The notes beneath the pieces are model-generated. The model was not told where the DNA came from. It saw nothing but the letters and a program-made list of their open reading frames with translations, and made no database searches. 64,000 nt of DNA from Acidobacteriota bacterium (GTDB taxonomy: Bacteria; Acidobacteriota; Terriglobia; Bryobacterales; Bryobacteraceae), in the NCBI GenBank assembly GCA_043730365.1, contig JAYTKJ010000868.1, positions 5,610-69,609 of the forward strand, written 5' to 3'. Every line of letters starts with the position of its first letter. Position 1 is the stretch's first letter. Shown in pieces: positions 43,921 through 54,361 of the stretch. Both the position numbers and the translations under genes were made by a program.

Positions 43921-44958
43921 CTAATTCAGGAAATAAGTACGGTACAAGGTGTCGCGTTGTTTAGGCACAAACCCGGCGTCGCGGATCAGATGCCGCAGAT
44001 CCTCTTCGGTGGCGTGATTGCGCGCGCCCGCGGCCGAGACCACGTTCTCCTCGATCATGATGCTACCCACATCGTTGCCGCCAAAGCGTAAACCAACTTG
44101 GCACGTCTTCAAGCCCTGCGTCACCCAGGACGACTGCACGTTGAGAATGTTGCTCAGGAAAATGCGCGAAATCGCCAGCGTGCGCAAGTACTCAACCGCA
44201 GTGGCTTCCTCTTTGACAAAGCGGCCTAGCGACGTATTCTCCCGTTGGAAACTCCAGGGAATGAACGCCGTAAACCCGCCGGTGTCTTCCTGGATCTGAC
44301 GCACCAGTTCGAAGTGATTGACGCGCTGCTCGATCGTCTCCCCACAGCCGAACATCATCGTCGCTGTCGTGCGCATCCCCAGCGCGTGCGCCGTGCGATG
44401 CACGTCCACCCAGTCCTGCGATGAGCATTTCAGGCGGCTGATGCGGTGCCGCACGGCATCGTCTAATATCTCGGCGCCGCCGCCGGGGATCGAGTCCAGC
44501 CCGGAGTCACGCAAGCGAGCAATGGTGTCACGGAGGCTGAGGCCGCTGATGTCGGCGATGTTAGTCACTTCCGGAGCCGACAAGCAGTGCAGATGAATCG
44601 AAAACCGCTTCTTGATGGCGCGGAAAAGGTCTTCGTACCAGTCGATCTTCAGGTCCGGATGCAATCCACCTTGCATCAATATTCCCGTGCCACCCAGATC
44701 GAGCGTCTCCTGGATCTTCTCAAAGATCGATTCGTGAGACTGCACGTAGCCTTCCTTGTGGCCCATCGGCCGGTAGAAGGCGCAGAAGCTGCAATATTCA
44801 GTGCAGAAGTTGGTGTAGTTGATATTGCGGTCGATGATATAGCTGACGATACCTTCCGGATGCAGCTTGCGCCGCTGGGCGTCTGCCTCCATGCCGATTC
44901 CGACAAGGTCGTCGCTTGCGAACATTTCGATGGCTTGCTGGCGGGTCATCATCGTCAT
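43921..44958 (-). CDS. mqnC: radical-SAM menaquinone (futalosine pathway) enzyme, most like cyclic dehypoxanthinyl futalosine synthase
   Basis: IIDRNINYTNFCTEYCSFCAFYR (CxxxCxxC radical SAM cluster) and GGTGILMQGGLHP. It overlaps the upstream mqnA-like gene by 4 nt. MqnC versus MqnE cannot be fully resolved by eye. Confidence 0.65.
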   Translation of the reverse strand: MTMMTRQQAIEMFASDDLVGIGMEADAQRRKLHPEGIVSYIIDRNINYTNFCTEYCSFCAFYRPMGHKEGYVQSHESIFEKIQETLDLGGTGILMQGGLHPDLKIDWYEDLFRAIKKRFSIHLHCLSAPEVTNIADISGLSLRDTIARLRDSGLDSIPGGGAEILDDAVRHRISRLKCSSQDWVDVHRTAHALGMRTTATMMFGCGETIEQRVNHFELVRQIQEDTGGFTAFIPWSFQRENTSLGRFVKEEATAVEYLRTLAISRIFLSNILNVQSSWVTQGLKTCQVGLRFGGNDVGSIMIEENVVSAAGARNHATEEDLRHLIRDAGFVPKQRDTLYRTYFLN

Positions 44959-45791
44959 AAAGAGTGTGCTGTTCCTGATCGTAGCATTGACGACAGCTTC
45001 TGAAACTCGGCCAAGCCTGCCCGCTCGCGCGGTCCGATCCGGAAGACGATACGGCGAGCCAAGTACTCGCGCACTAACGACGGCTCAAGGCCGCGGGACG
45101 CCGCTTCGCCGGTCACAATTTCGTCCAGATGGGCCAGTCCAAAATCGAGCGAGCTGGAAAAGGACCGTCCCAGAGTCTCCCCATCCCAACGCCGCACCAA
45201 CTCCGGGCGGCCCGCCCAGAGCGCGAACACCATGGGCAGGCCCGTGAGGGAGAGCCACTCGGCACCCAGATCCAGGCAGTAGTACGGCATGGTGCTTGGG
45301 TCCACCCGCAAGGCTGGGTCGCCGATCAGGAGCGCCGCATCGGCCTGGGCCAGCATCGGCTCCAACGCGGGTGCTAGCTCAAAGGTTCCCGGGGTGACAC
45401 CATAGCTCTCCTGGAGAACAATGCGCGATAGCCGAACGGAGGTGCGCGAGCCGGAATCAACCGCTACCGTGCGGATCCGGCTTGGCTCAACCTTGGAAAT
45501 AAGGAGTATGCTGCGTACGGCACCCAGACAAGCAATGCCGGTTCCGGCCACCGCCTCCAGCCCTTGGCGCTCGATCTCAGCCACCGGCACGATGCCCAGA
45601 TCCGCGCTCCCCGATTCCACCTGGCGGGCGCACTCGGACGGAACGCAAAACTGCAGCTCAAAATCGTGCCGCTCCGGTCCATGCTGCATGCCCCAAACCA
45701 GCGGAACCGTGTTGAGATAACTGACGGCCGCCAGACGCGGTGGGCGTGGGATCGCGCTCAATTTCCTAGGGTAGCACCTGAGATTGATCAC
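44955..45791 (-). CDS. mqnA: chorismate dehydratase MqnA-like (futalosine pathway)
   Basis: RLAAVSYLNTVPLVWG...SGSADLGIVPVAE...LLIGDPAL pattern of the MqnA/MqnD periplasmic-binding-like family. The start codon is uncertain. Confidence 0.65.
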   Translation of the reverse strand: MINLRCYPRKLSAIPRPPRLAAVSYLNTVPLVWGMQHGPERHDFELQFCVPSECARQVESGSADLGIVPVAEIERQGLEAVAGTGIACLGAVRSILLISKVEPSRIRTVAVDSGSRTSVRLSRIVLQESYGVTPGTFELAPALEPMLAQADAALLIGDPALRVDPSTMPYYCLDLGAEWLSLTGLPMVFALWAGRPELVRRWDGETLGRSFSSSLDFGLAHLDEIVTGEAASRGLEPSLVREYLARRIVFRIGPRERAGLAEFQKLSSMLRSGTAHSL

Positions 45792-45885
45792 GGCGCAGGT
45801 GGAGCGGAAACTTCCCCCTATGTTAATGTAAGATCAGGTGTTCGGTCCCGCGTCCTTACGTCGACTGACCGGAGAAAAAAGCAAA

Positions 45886-48800
45886 ATGAACTGGAACTCT
45901 ATGGAGAAGACTTCGCGTTTGGGGTGGCGTCTGGCGGCGGTGTTGGTTTTGGCCATTTGGCCGGCTGCGGCGCAGGTGCCGCTGAACCTTTCACCGCAGC
46001 GGGCGCTGGGGAATCTGTCACTCAGGCAGCAATCGCAGGCGCCGAATCTGGTTGAGGGCAGGGAGCTTAACCGCCCCCTCGGCTTGGCTGTCGACGCCAC
46101 GCGTCGCATCGTCTGGGTGGCCGATACCCTCAACAATCGTGTCCTGGGATGGCGCAATTCCAGCGCTTTCGAGAACGGCGCCTTCGCGGACTTCGTACTC
46201 GGCCAGCGCGACAACCTCAGCACCGATGCACAAGGGCCCGGCACGGGGTTTTCCGGCGGCCTGTTCTTCCCCATGAGCGTTGCCGTCGACCCCACCGGCA
46301 ACGTCTACGTGATGGATGCCGGTAACAACCGGGTGGTGCGCTACCCTCGTCCCTTTGATCAACAGGATCAATTGCCGGACATGGTGATTGGCCAGCCCGA
46401 TTTCCGGACGCGCGCACCCAATCAGGGCGGAATCTCCGAGAAGACCCTCAATACGAATTCCGGCAACGCCTTGTATAAGGCCGGCTTGGCCTTCGACGCC
46501 CAGAACAACCTCTGGGTGGTGGACGCGGGCAATCACCGCATTCTGCGGTTTGCCGCCGGCGTCCTGGGTGAGTCCGCCGCCAGCTTCCCTTCGTCTAACC
46601 TGGTGCTCGGACAACCTGATTTTGTCGCCAACTTCCCGCTGCCCAACGATCTTCGCTTTGAAGTTCGTGCGCGCAAAAACGGCATTCGCGAGCCGGCCGG
46701 CCTCGCCTTCGACCAGAGCGGACGCCTCTACGTGGCCGATGCTTTGAACCGCGTGCTGGTGTACCGGCCCCCGTTTGCGATTGGCATGGATGCCGCCAGG
46801 ATCATGGGCATCGCTCCAAACGTCCCGGAAGGGCAGCCGCCTTTACCGCCGGTAAACGAGTATACCGTCGGTATTAGCTTTCAGGGTGGTAGTCAATCGG
46901 CAGACGCCGTTTTCACGATCGGCAATGTCGTGTTTGTCGTCGACACTCCCGCCAGCCGGATCGTGCGTTTTGATCCCTTCGATACTTGGCCCGCCGAGAA
47001 TCAGTCGTTCTCACCGCGGGCGCAAGCGGTAATCGGTCAAGACGGCCTAATCTTGCTTCAATTGCGGAACAATCGTGGGCAACCGGAACCGAGCAATTCC
47101 TCCTTGCTCTTCCCAGGCGGAGCCGTTTTCGCCAACGGGGAGACCTTCGTTGTGGATTCGGAGAACAATCGGATGCTGGTGTTTGGCGACCTTTCCACCG
47201 GCCCGACCGCTGCCGCCGGGGCCCCCTACAATGCCCGCCGCGTTCTGGGTCAGCTTAACTTCGCTGCCCGTTCCCCCAACCTGCTCGAGGGGCGCGAATT
47301 CAATTTCAACTTCCAAGGCGCCCAAGGTGGCGGCATCGCCATCGATACCCGCTCCAACCCGCCGCGCCTCTACGTGGCCGACACGCTCAACCACCGTGTG
47401 CTCGGTTTTGCCGATGCCCGCAAGGTCCGCGGCGGTGACCGTGCCGACATTGTACTCGGTCAGCCCGACTTCACTCGCGCGCTCGTTAACTATCCCGCCA
47501 ACGATCCTAACGTCCGCGGGGCCTCGTCCCTGTCGTCGCCTGTCGGCGTGGTCGTCGACAAGACCGGCAATGTTTGGGTCACAGACACCGGGAACAGCCG
47601 CGTCCTGCGCTTTCCCGATCCCTTCGCCAATTCCGCCGGCCAAGCCGATCTGGTGCTAGGACAAACCAGCTTCGCCTCTCGCCTGCAGGACGCCACCGCT
47701 CGTACCATGTCGGTTCCCTACGGCCTTGCCTTTAGCGTTGACGGCTCGCTGTTCGTTTCCGACGGCGGGTTGAACCGGGTCCTGCAATTCAATCCCCCTT
47801 TCGTCAACGGAATGGCGGCGGTCCGCGCCTTCGGCCAGCCGGATTTCATCGGGAGCGCTCCCGGCGTAGCTGAGAACCGGCTGAACGCCCCTCGGCATAT
47901 CTCGTTCGATTCCGACGACAGATTGTACGTGGCCGATACCGCCAACAACCGCGTTCAGATCTTCAGCCGCGCCCCTCTGGCCGGTCCGGATCCCAAGGCG
48001 GCGTTCTCGCTGTCCCGCAGCATCAACCGGCCCTTCGGCGTGTTCGTCAGTCCGCAGACTGGCGAAATCTGGGTGGCGAATGCGGGTGCGGGGCAGGCAT
48101 TGCGCTATCCCAATTTCGATCGCCTCGTATCCGGCGGCGACTCGTCGGACTATACCATCCCAGCCGCCGGGCCCTTGGCCCTGACTTTGGATCAGTTCGG
48201 CAATCTGTTCATGGCCGATCTGCGCAACCGTGTGGCCATCCACTATCCCCGAGTCTTGATCGTAAACGGAGCCAACTACCTCTCCCGCGTCGCCCCAGGC
48301 ATGGTGGCCACGCTGCAAAGCAATACTCTCAACTACTCTTTTACCGAGCAAACCGCCATCAATCAGACCGTGCCGTTGGCTCGGGCGTTGGGCGATCTGC
48401 GAGTAATGGTGGAAGGCCAACCCGCGCCGATGTACTTCACCTCGCCGTTCCAGATCAATTTCCAGATGCCGATCACGCTGCCCACTTCGGGAAATGTTGA
48501 GCTGCAAGTGGAACAGGTATCCACCGGGCGAATCGTGGCCGCCACCGAAGTTCAGATGGACTCGGCCTCACCCGGGTTGTTCACGCTGAGCGGAACCGGC
48601 ACTGGCCAATTGGCGGCACTTAACTTCGAGGACAACAACACTGTGAACGGCATCGGTGAAGGGCTCAAGGCGGTCGGGCGCGGGAAAGTGATCGTGATCT
48701 TTGCCACCGGCCAAGGTCCGATTAATGGCGCCCCTCCCGATGGCACGCCACCGTCGGCGGCTGTGAGCACCGATGTCAAACCCATCGTGGCGATTGGCGG

Positions 48801-48996
48801 GATTCGGCTCACCGACGCCGAAATTCTGTATTCCGGGCTCGCCCCCGGCTTGGTCGGCGTGTGGCAGCTCAACTTACGCGTGCCCGATCGCGTACCGCCG
48901 AACAGCCGCGCTCAGGTGGTGGTCGCGTTCCGCGATGTACCGAGCAACAATCCGCAAGTCCCCACGCAGATTGTTACTACCATTGCTGTGCAGTAG
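45886..48996 (+). CDS. large exported NHL-repeat beta-propeller protein with Solibacter-type C-terminal Ig-like domain
   Basis: Signal peptide and repeated units (VLGQPDF..., P.G.A.D..GN.WV.D..N.RV.RF) at least 10 times. The C-terminus SPGLFTLSGTGTGQ...ATGQGP...ILYSGLAPGLVGVWQLNLRVP matches the uncharacterised Solibacter C-terminal domain as I remember it. Confidence 0.8.
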   Translation: MNWNSMEKTSRLGWRLAAVLVLAIWPAAAQVPLNLSPQRALGNLSLRQQSQAPNLVEGRELNRPLGLAVDATRRIVWVADTLNNRVLGWRNSSAFENGAFADFVLGQRDNLSTDAQGPGTGFSGGLFFPMSVAVDPTGNVYVMDAGNNRVVRYPRPFDQQDQLPDMVIGQPDFRTRAPNQGGISEKTLNTNSGNALYKAGLAFDAQNNLWVVDAGNHRILRFAAGVLGESAASFPSSNLVLGQPDFVANFPLPNDLRFEVRARKNGIREPAGLAFDQSGRLYVADALNRVLVYRPPFAIGMDAARIMGIAPNVPEGQPPLPPVNEYTVGISFQGGSQSADAVFTIGNVVFVVDTPASRIVRFDPFDTWPAENQSFSPRAQAVIGQDGLILLQLRNNRGQPEPSNSSLLFPGGAVFANGETFVVDSENNRMLVFGDLSTGPTAAAGAPYNARRVLGQLNFAARSPNLLEGREFNFNFQGAQGGGIAIDTRSNPPRLYVADTLNHRVLGFADARKVRGGDRADIVLGQPDFTRALVNYPANDPNVRGASSLSSPVGVVVDKTGNVWVTDTGNSRVLRFPDPFANSAGQADLVLGQTSFASRLQDATARTMSVPYGLAFSVDGSLFVSDGGLNRVLQFNPPFVNGMAAVRAFGQPDFIGSAPGVAENRLNAPRHISFDSDDRLYVADTANNRVQIFSRAPLAGPDPKAAFSLSRSINRPFGVFVSPQTGEIWVANAGAGQALRYPNFDRLVSGGDSSDYTIPAAGPLALTLDQFGNLFMADLRNRVAIHYPRVLIVNGANYLSRVAPGMVATLQSNTLNYSFTEQTAINQTVPLARALGDLRVMVEGQPAPMYFTSPFQINFQMPITLPTSGNVELQVEQVSTGRIVAATEVQMDSASPGLFTLSGTGTGQLAALNFEDNNTVNGIGEGLKAVGRGKVIVIFATGQGPINGAPPDGTPPSAAVSTDVKPIVAIGGIRLTDAEILYSGLAPGLVGVWQLNLRVPDRVPPNSRAQVVVAFRDVPSNNPQVPTQIVTTIAVQ

Positions 48997-48997
48997 G

Positions 48998-49951
48998 TTA
49001 AGGAACGAGCGGGCCGGCGGCGAGAGTCGCTGAGCCCGCCCCGTCATGAAAGCTGTACACCACGCCCGGCTGCATCGTCTGCCCGCGCACGTAACCCAGC
49101 GCCACCACCATCTCGTTCGCCGGTGAATAAACCGCCGACGTAACTTCTCCCACTTCTTTGTCATCGAGCCACAGCTTCGTGCGTGCGGCCGGAGCCTCGT
49201 GCCCTGGTATCAGAAGCTGCACCAGTTGCCGGTTCACCTGCCCGCGTGAGCGCACCCGCTCCACGATCTCCTGACCTACGTAGCAGCCTTTGCTGAAACT
49301 AACGGCGCGGTCCACTAGCCGCGTCTCATGCGGTATCTCTCGTTCGGTGATGTCTTCGCCATAACGCGCCGTGCCGTTCTCGAGGCGAACGATGTTCCAT
49401 TCCTCACGCCCGGCCCGCGCCGCTCCGGCGCCGGCAATCCATCCCATCGCGTCTTCTCGCTCAGTCCGCGGCACAAAGAAGCGAAAACCCCGTTGACCGG
49501 TAGCCGACAACGCGGCCACGATCCACGTCCGCCATTCAACCCAATGCCCAGGTTCAGGCGCGTCAATGCCCATGCGCTCCAGCACCGCCGGCGACTGCGG
49601 CCCCTCCAAACCAATGGCGACGATGTGGCCGGTGAGGTTAGCCAGCGTCACGTCGTCCCCAATAATGTAGCGGTCCAGATGCTGATAGACGCGCTCGGCG
49701 GCCTCCGGCTCCAGATCCAGCAGCAAAGACGATGCCGTGCAAATCACATTGACGTCCGATAGAATCTTGCCCTGGGCGTTGAGAAAGAAAGCATAACGGC
49801 AGTCGCCGGCCTGCAATTCTTCGATGTGATTAGAGGTCATGGCATGCAGCAGCCGGGCCCGGTCCTCTCCGGTGGCTTGCACGTGCCCGCGTCCGGTTAA
49901 GTCAAAGACAGCCACGCTTTCTCGAAGCGCGGAATAGGCATCGTGGTCCAT
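48998..49951 (-). CDS. YgfZ/GcvT-family folate-binding protein
   Basis: 317 aa with the aminomethyltransferase fold pattern and the YgfZ signature KGCYVGQE. Confidence 0.75.
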   Translation of the reverse strand: MDHDAYSALRESVAVFDLTGRGHVQATGEDRARLLHAMTSNHIEELQAGDCRYAFFLNAQGKILSDVNVICTASSLLLDLEPEAAERVYQHLDRYIIGDDVTLANLTGHIVAIGLEGPQSPAVLERMGIDAPEPGHWVEWRTWIVAALSATGQRGFRFFVPRTEREDAMGWIAGAGAARAGREEWNIVRLENGTARYGEDITEREIPHETRLVDRAVSFSKGCYVGQEIVERVRSRGQVNRQLVQLLIPGHEAPAARTKLWLDDKEVGEVTSAVYSPANEMVVALGYVRGQTMQPGVVYSFHDGAGSATLAAGPLVP

Positions 49952-49960
49952 AGCTATTTT

Positions 49961-50356
49961 TTAGCGCGAAAGGAAGCGGAGGTAGGCGGACAGCGCCAAG
50001 ATGATCGCGCCGGAGATTACCAAGCCAGTCAACTGCCGCGCGCGTTTGGAGCCCGCGACCCCCGGCCGTCCCACCAGAAACGCCACCGCAAAGACGTGCA
50101 GCGCCAGCAGAAACTTGATGCCGAATATCATGTGGTACCCGCGCGGAAACGCCGGCTTGGCCAGGAAATTGTAAAGGCCGCTCACCAGCAGCCCGCCCAC
50201 GGCCGCGACGAAGATTTTCGCCGTGCGGCCCACCGCTTCCGACAACCCCGGGTCCACCAGCAGCCGCAGCGCGAAAAGCGCGCCGCCGAGCAGCGTCACG
50301 GCCGACGCAATGTGCAGCCAGCGCGACGCCAGTCCAACCAGATCCATAAGTTCCAT
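49961..50356 (-). CDS. hypothetical membrane protein (4 TM)
   Basis: 131-aa hydrophobic ORF 9 nt upstream of the YgfZ-like gene on the same strand. No family recognised. Confidence 0.5.
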   Translation of the reverse strand: MELMDLVGLASRWLHIASAVTLLGGALFALRLLVDPGLSEAVGRTAKIFVAAVGGLLVSGLYNFLAKPAFPRGYHMIFGIKFLLALHVFAVAFLVGRPGVAGSKRARQLTGLVISGAIILALSAYLRFLSR

Positions 50357-50396
50357 CTCCCTTGAGTATAAGGGCCGAACGCTACAATGTGAGGAA

Positions 50397-51032
50397 ATGA
50401 TTCACGAGATTCTGCCGGTGGGAATGCTCGGCTGCAACTGCTCCATCTTCGGGGATGAAGTTTCGCGCGAGGCCATCGTGGTCGATCCGGGCGATGACAT
50501 CGCCTCCATCGTCGCCATCCTCGAGCGTCACCACCTGCGCGTCAAGGACATCGTCATCACTCATGCCCATATTGACCACATCGGTGGCGCCGCCAAACTC
50601 AAGGCTCTCACCGGCGCGCCCGTCCATATGAATGCGCGCGATCAGGACCTCTACGATTCGCTGGCCATGCAGGCCGGTTGGCTGGGCATGGCCCAAGCAC
50701 CCGAGCAGACCGACATCGACATACCTGCCCGTGACGGCGATACCTTGCGTCTCGGCGCGGCGGACTTTCACGTCCTACTCACGCCAGGCCACACCCAAGG
50801 GTCTTTGTGTCTTTGGATTCCAGCGGAAAACAAGCTCGTGGCTGGCGACACGTTGTTCCGCGATTCGATCGGCCGCACCGACTTGCCCGGCGGCGACGGG
50901 AAGCAGATTCTCCGGTCGATCAAAGACAAACTGTATCCACTGCCTGACGAAGCGCTCGTGATTCCCGGCCACGGGCAGACCACTACACTGGGCCGCGAAA
51001 AACAACACAACTATTTCCTGAGAGATTTGTAA
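50397..51032 (+). CDS. MBL-fold metallo-hydrolase (glyoxalase II-like)
   Basis: ITHAHIDHIGG (HxHxDH motif), LLTPGHTQGS and VIPGHG in 211 aa, starting from the ATG at 50397. Confidence 0.85.
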   Translation: MIHEILPVGMLGCNCSIFGDEVSREAIVVDPGDDIASIVAILERHHLRVKDIVITHAHIDHIGGAAKLKALTGAPVHMNARDQDLYDSLAMQAGWLGMAQAPEQTDIDIPARDGDTLRLGAADFHVLLTPGHTQGSLCLWIPAENKLVAGDTLFRDSIGRTDLPGGDGKQILRSIKDKLYPLPDEALVIPGHGQTTTLGREKQHNYFLRDL

Positions 51033-51041
51033 CCATAACCA

Positions 51042-52409
51042 ATGCGATTCGCCTTTCTGATCCTACTTGCGTTTCCTCTGCTCGCTGCCGAAACGGCCCT
51101 GGACCGGTACGTCCGCAAGCCGGACACCAGTTACCACTACGACGTCGCCGGCGTGCTGCCTTGCTCCGGCGGCTGCACCGCCACGCTCCTCGACATGACG
51201 TCGCAGACTTGGCGCAAACCCGAAGAAGTAGACCGCACCGTCTGGAAGCATTGGGTGACGGTCGTCAAGCCCGCGAAAGTAACTACGTCCACCGCGCTCC
51301 TCTTCATCACCGGCGGCGCCAACGACGGTCGGCCACGGACCGCGGTGGATGCCATGATGACCATGCTCGCCAACGAATCGGGAGCCGTCGTGGCCGAACT
51401 TCGCATGGTGCCTAACCAGCCGTTGGTGTTCGCCGGAGAGACGCGCAAGCGCACCGAAGATTCGTTCATCGCCTACACCTGGGACAAATACATGCGCGGC
51501 GGTGATGAAGAGTGGCCCGCCCGCCTGCCCATGACCAAAGCCGCCGTGAGGGCGATGGACGCCGTCACAGATTTCTGTAAGTCCGAAAAGGGCGGCGGCA
51601 TCAAGGTAGACCACTACGCCGTCTCTGGCGGTTCCAAACGCGGCTGGACCACCTGGACCACCGCCGCCGTCGATAAGCGCGTCGTCGCCATCGCGCCGCT
51701 TGTGATTGACTTACTGAATCTCCAGAAGTCGTTCATCCACCACTGGCGTGTCTATGGATTCTGGGCGCCCTCGGTCGGTGATTACACCGAAATGAAGACG
51801 ATGGATTGGATGGGCACCAAGGAATACGCCAACCTGCTCAAGATCGTCGAGCCCTACTCCTACCGCGCGCGCCTCACCATGCCCAAGTACCTGATCAACG
51901 CGGCAGGCGATCAGTTCTTCGTGCCGGACTCTTCGCAGTTTTATTGGAATGATCTCAAGGGAGAAAAGCTCATCCGCTACGTCCCCAACACCGATCACTC
52001 ACTGCGAAATTCCGATGCCGTCGAAGGGCTACTGTCCTGGTTTCAATCGATCGTCGGCGGCAAGCCGCGCCCGCGTTACTCCTGGAAGCTCGACAAAGAC
52101 GGCGTCATTCGCGCCAGATCTACCGACAAGCCTATCGAGGTCAAACTCTGGCAGGCCACTAACCCGGATGCCCGCGATTTCCGGCTCGAAAAAATCAAGG
52201 CGGCTTACAAAGGCAGTGTGATCACGGCTGACGCCAAAGGCGAGTACGTGGCGCGCGTGGCCCAGCCGGATAAGGGATACACCGCCTACTTTCTCGAGTT
52301 GTCCTTCCCCGGGCCCGGCAAGTATCCCCTCAAAGTCACGACGCAGGTAAAGGTGATCCCGGACGTTTATCCCTTTAGCCCGCCCGCGGCGAAACGGCCC
52401 GAAAAATGA
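51042..52409 (+). CDS. PhoPQ-activated pathogenicity-related (PqaA-type) family protein, exported
   Basis: Signal peptide, LDRYVRKPDTSYHYD...LDMTSQTWR...WKHWVTVVKP...LLFITGGAN and a VSGGSKRGWTTW serine-hydrolase-like segment. The family call is from memory. Confidence 0.65.
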   Translation: MRFAFLILLAFPLLAAETALDRYVRKPDTSYHYDVAGVLPCSGGCTATLLDMTSQTWRKPEEVDRTVWKHWVTVVKPAKVTTSTALLFITGGANDGRPRTAVDAMMTMLANESGAVVAELRMVPNQPLVFAGETRKRTEDSFIAYTWDKYMRGGDEEWPARLPMTKAAVRAMDAVTDFCKSEKGGGIKVDHYAVSGGSKRGWTTWTTAAVDKRVVAIAPLVIDLLNLQKSFIHHWRVYGFWAPSVGDYTEMKTMDWMGTKEYANLLKIVEPYSYRARLTMPKYLINAAGDQFFVPDSSQFYWNDLKGEKLIRYVPNTDHSLRNSDAVEGLLSWFQSIVGGKPRPRYSWKLDKDGVIRARSTDKPIEVKLWQATNPDARDFRLEKIKAAYKGSVITADAKGEYVARVAQPDKGYTAYFLELSFPGPGKYPLKVTTQVKVIPDVYPFSPPAAKRPEK

Positions 52410-52888
52410 CGTTCCGTTTGGCCCGCCCCGAAGACCACCCGCGCGTGCGAAGCCTGATGATCGAGGCTTTCACGCCCATCAGTTGGATGCGGCGGGTCGA
52501 CGAATCCTTCGGCCCGTTCAATGGCCTGGAGTGGCGCGAGCGCTTCGGGCGTCGGGTCGACCCTCAGCTTGAGCGCGGCGTCGTGCTGGTGGGCGAAGAC
52601 GAAACGGGCGCGATCGTCGCGGCCTCCACCGGCTCCTACGACGCAGCCAGCGGCACCGGCGTCGTTGATTTCCTCGCCGTCGATCCCGCTCACCAGGCAC
52701 ATGGCCGCGGCCGCGCCATGCTCGATGCCATGCTGCGTCACCTCGCCACCCTCGGAGCCACCACTGCCACGCTGGAGTGCCTCTCCGACAACGAGGTTGC
52801 ACTCGGCCTGTATCGCTCGCACGGTTGGGCCGAAATTGCCACGTCCATCCGCTTTTTCCGGCGTCTGGATGGTATCCTGGAAACGTAA
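52406..52888 (+). CDS. GNAT-family N-acetyltransferase
   Basis: 160 aa with LAVDPAHQAHGRGRAMLDAMLRH (acetyl-CoA binding Q/RxxGxG/A motif). ATGA overlap with the preceding gene. Confidence 0.75.
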   Translation: MTFRLARPEDHPRVRSLMIEAFTPISWMRRVDESFGPFNGLEWRERFGRRVDPQLERGVVLVGEDETGAIVAASTGSYDAASGTGVVDFLAVDPAHQAHGRGRAMLDAMLRHLATLGATTATLECLSDNEVALGLYRSHGWAEIATSIRFFRRLDGILET

Positions 52889-52920
52889 CGCGGCAGACTC
52901 TTCCCCCAAGGAAATCCCTT

Positions 52921-54339
52921 TTGAAAATCGGCTTTGTCAGTTTGGGCTGTCCCAAAAATCTTGTGGACACCGAGGTCATGATGGGCCAACTCACGGCTCG
53001 GGGTCATGAACTCACGCCTCAACCGGAAGAGGCCGACGTCATTGTCGTCAACACCTGCAGCTTTATCGATCCCGCCAAGCAGGAATCGGTCGACACGATT
53101 ATCGAGATGGGCAAGTTCAAACAGACCGGCAAGGCTCAGCGCCTCGTCGTGGCCGGTTGTCTGGTGGAACGCTATCGCGGCGATATCCGCCAGGATCTGC
53201 CGGAAGTGGACGCCATCGTTGGCACCAATGAAATTGAGCAGATTGTCGCTGCCTGCGAGGGCGGGGAATCGGGCAGCGCCTCTGCCGCGCCCTACCTCTA
53301 TCACGACATGACGGCGCGCGTATTCACGACCCCGCGCCATTTCACCTATCTCAAGATCGCCGAGGGCTGCGATCATCCCTGCACCTTCTGCGTGATCCCG
53401 CAATATCGCGGGGCTTTTCGTAGCCGCCGCTTTGAGTCGGTGGTGGTGGAAGCCAATCGCATGCTCCAGATGGGCGTGCGCGAGATCAATCTCATCGGGC
53501 AGGACACCACCTGCTACGGTGAAGACTTCGGGCTCAAGGGTGGCCTGGCCACCTTGCTGGCCCGCCTCGCCCAGCTTGAGTCGCCGTCGCCCTATTGGAT
53601 CCGCTTCCTCTACGCCTACCCGAACCGTATCACGCAAAAGCTGCTCGACACCATCGCCGAATACCCGGCCCTGGTCAAGTATCTCGACATGCCGCTCCAG
53701 CACGCCTCCGGGCCGGTGTTGAAGCGGATGAAGCGCGGTTCCAAAGGCGAACTGTTCCTCAAGATTCTCGAGCGCGTCCGCCGCACCATCCCCGGCGTCG
53801 CCATCCGGTCCAGCTTCATCGTCGGCTTTCCGGGCGAGACTCGCGAGGATTTCGACTATCTCTGTGACTTTGTCCGCGCAGCTAAGTTTGATCGCCTCGG
53901 CGTCTTCACTTACTCCGATGAAGATACCAGTAAGAGCCACGCGCTCGATGCCAAAGTGGACGGCCGCACCATTCAAAACCGCAAGCGGAGTCTGATGGCC
54001 GTGCAGCGCAAGGTTTCCCGCGTCATGAACCGCGCCTTGGTGGGCCGTGAGTATCCGATCCTCGTCGAGGGCCCCTCGCGTGAAACGGATCTGCTCTGGG
54101 AAGGCCGCATCGAAACCCAGGCGCCCGACATTGACGGCGTTTGCTACATCAACGATGACGGCGGTCATCCGCTGCGCCCCGGTGAATTGCGCCGCGTGCG
54201 GATTACCGAAACGCATGACTATGATTTGGTGGGTGAAATCATCGACGTGCCAGAGTCCGGGTATCGCGAACTCGCCAAGCCGGCTTTCCCGATTCTCTCC
54301 AGCCATACTTCGCTCGCGATTTCTCGCGGCGAGGTCTGA
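52921..54339 (+). CDS. rimO: ribosomal protein S12 methylthiotransferase RimO
   Basis: TTG start after AAGGAA. KIGFVSLGCPKNLVDTE (UPF0004 domain), radical SAM CDHPCTFCVIP, and a C-terminal TRAM-like domain. Confidence 0.9.
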   Translation: MKIGFVSLGCPKNLVDTEVMMGQLTARGHELTPQPEEADVIVVNTCSFIDPAKQESVDTIIEMGKFKQTGKAQRLVVAGCLVERYRGDIRQDLPEVDAIVGTNEIEQIVAACEGGESGSASAAPYLYHDMTARVFTTPRHFTYLKIAEGCDHPCTFCVIPQYRGAFRSRRFESVVVEANRMLQMGVREINLIGQDTTCYGEDFGLKGGLATLLARLAQLESPSPYWIRFLYAYPNRITQKLLDTIAEYPALVKYLDMPLQHASGPVLKRMKRGSKGELFLKILERVRRTIPGVAIRSSFIVGFPGETREDFDYLCDFVRAAKFDRLGVFTYSDEDTSKSHALDAKVDGRTIQNRKRSLMAVQRKVSRVMNRALVGREYPILVEGPSRETDLLWEGRIETQAPDIDGVCYINDDGGHPLRPGELRRVRITETHDYDLVGEIIDVPESGYRELAKPAFPILSSHTSLAISRGEV

Positions 54340-54361
54340 CCGGGCACTACAATAATTTGCT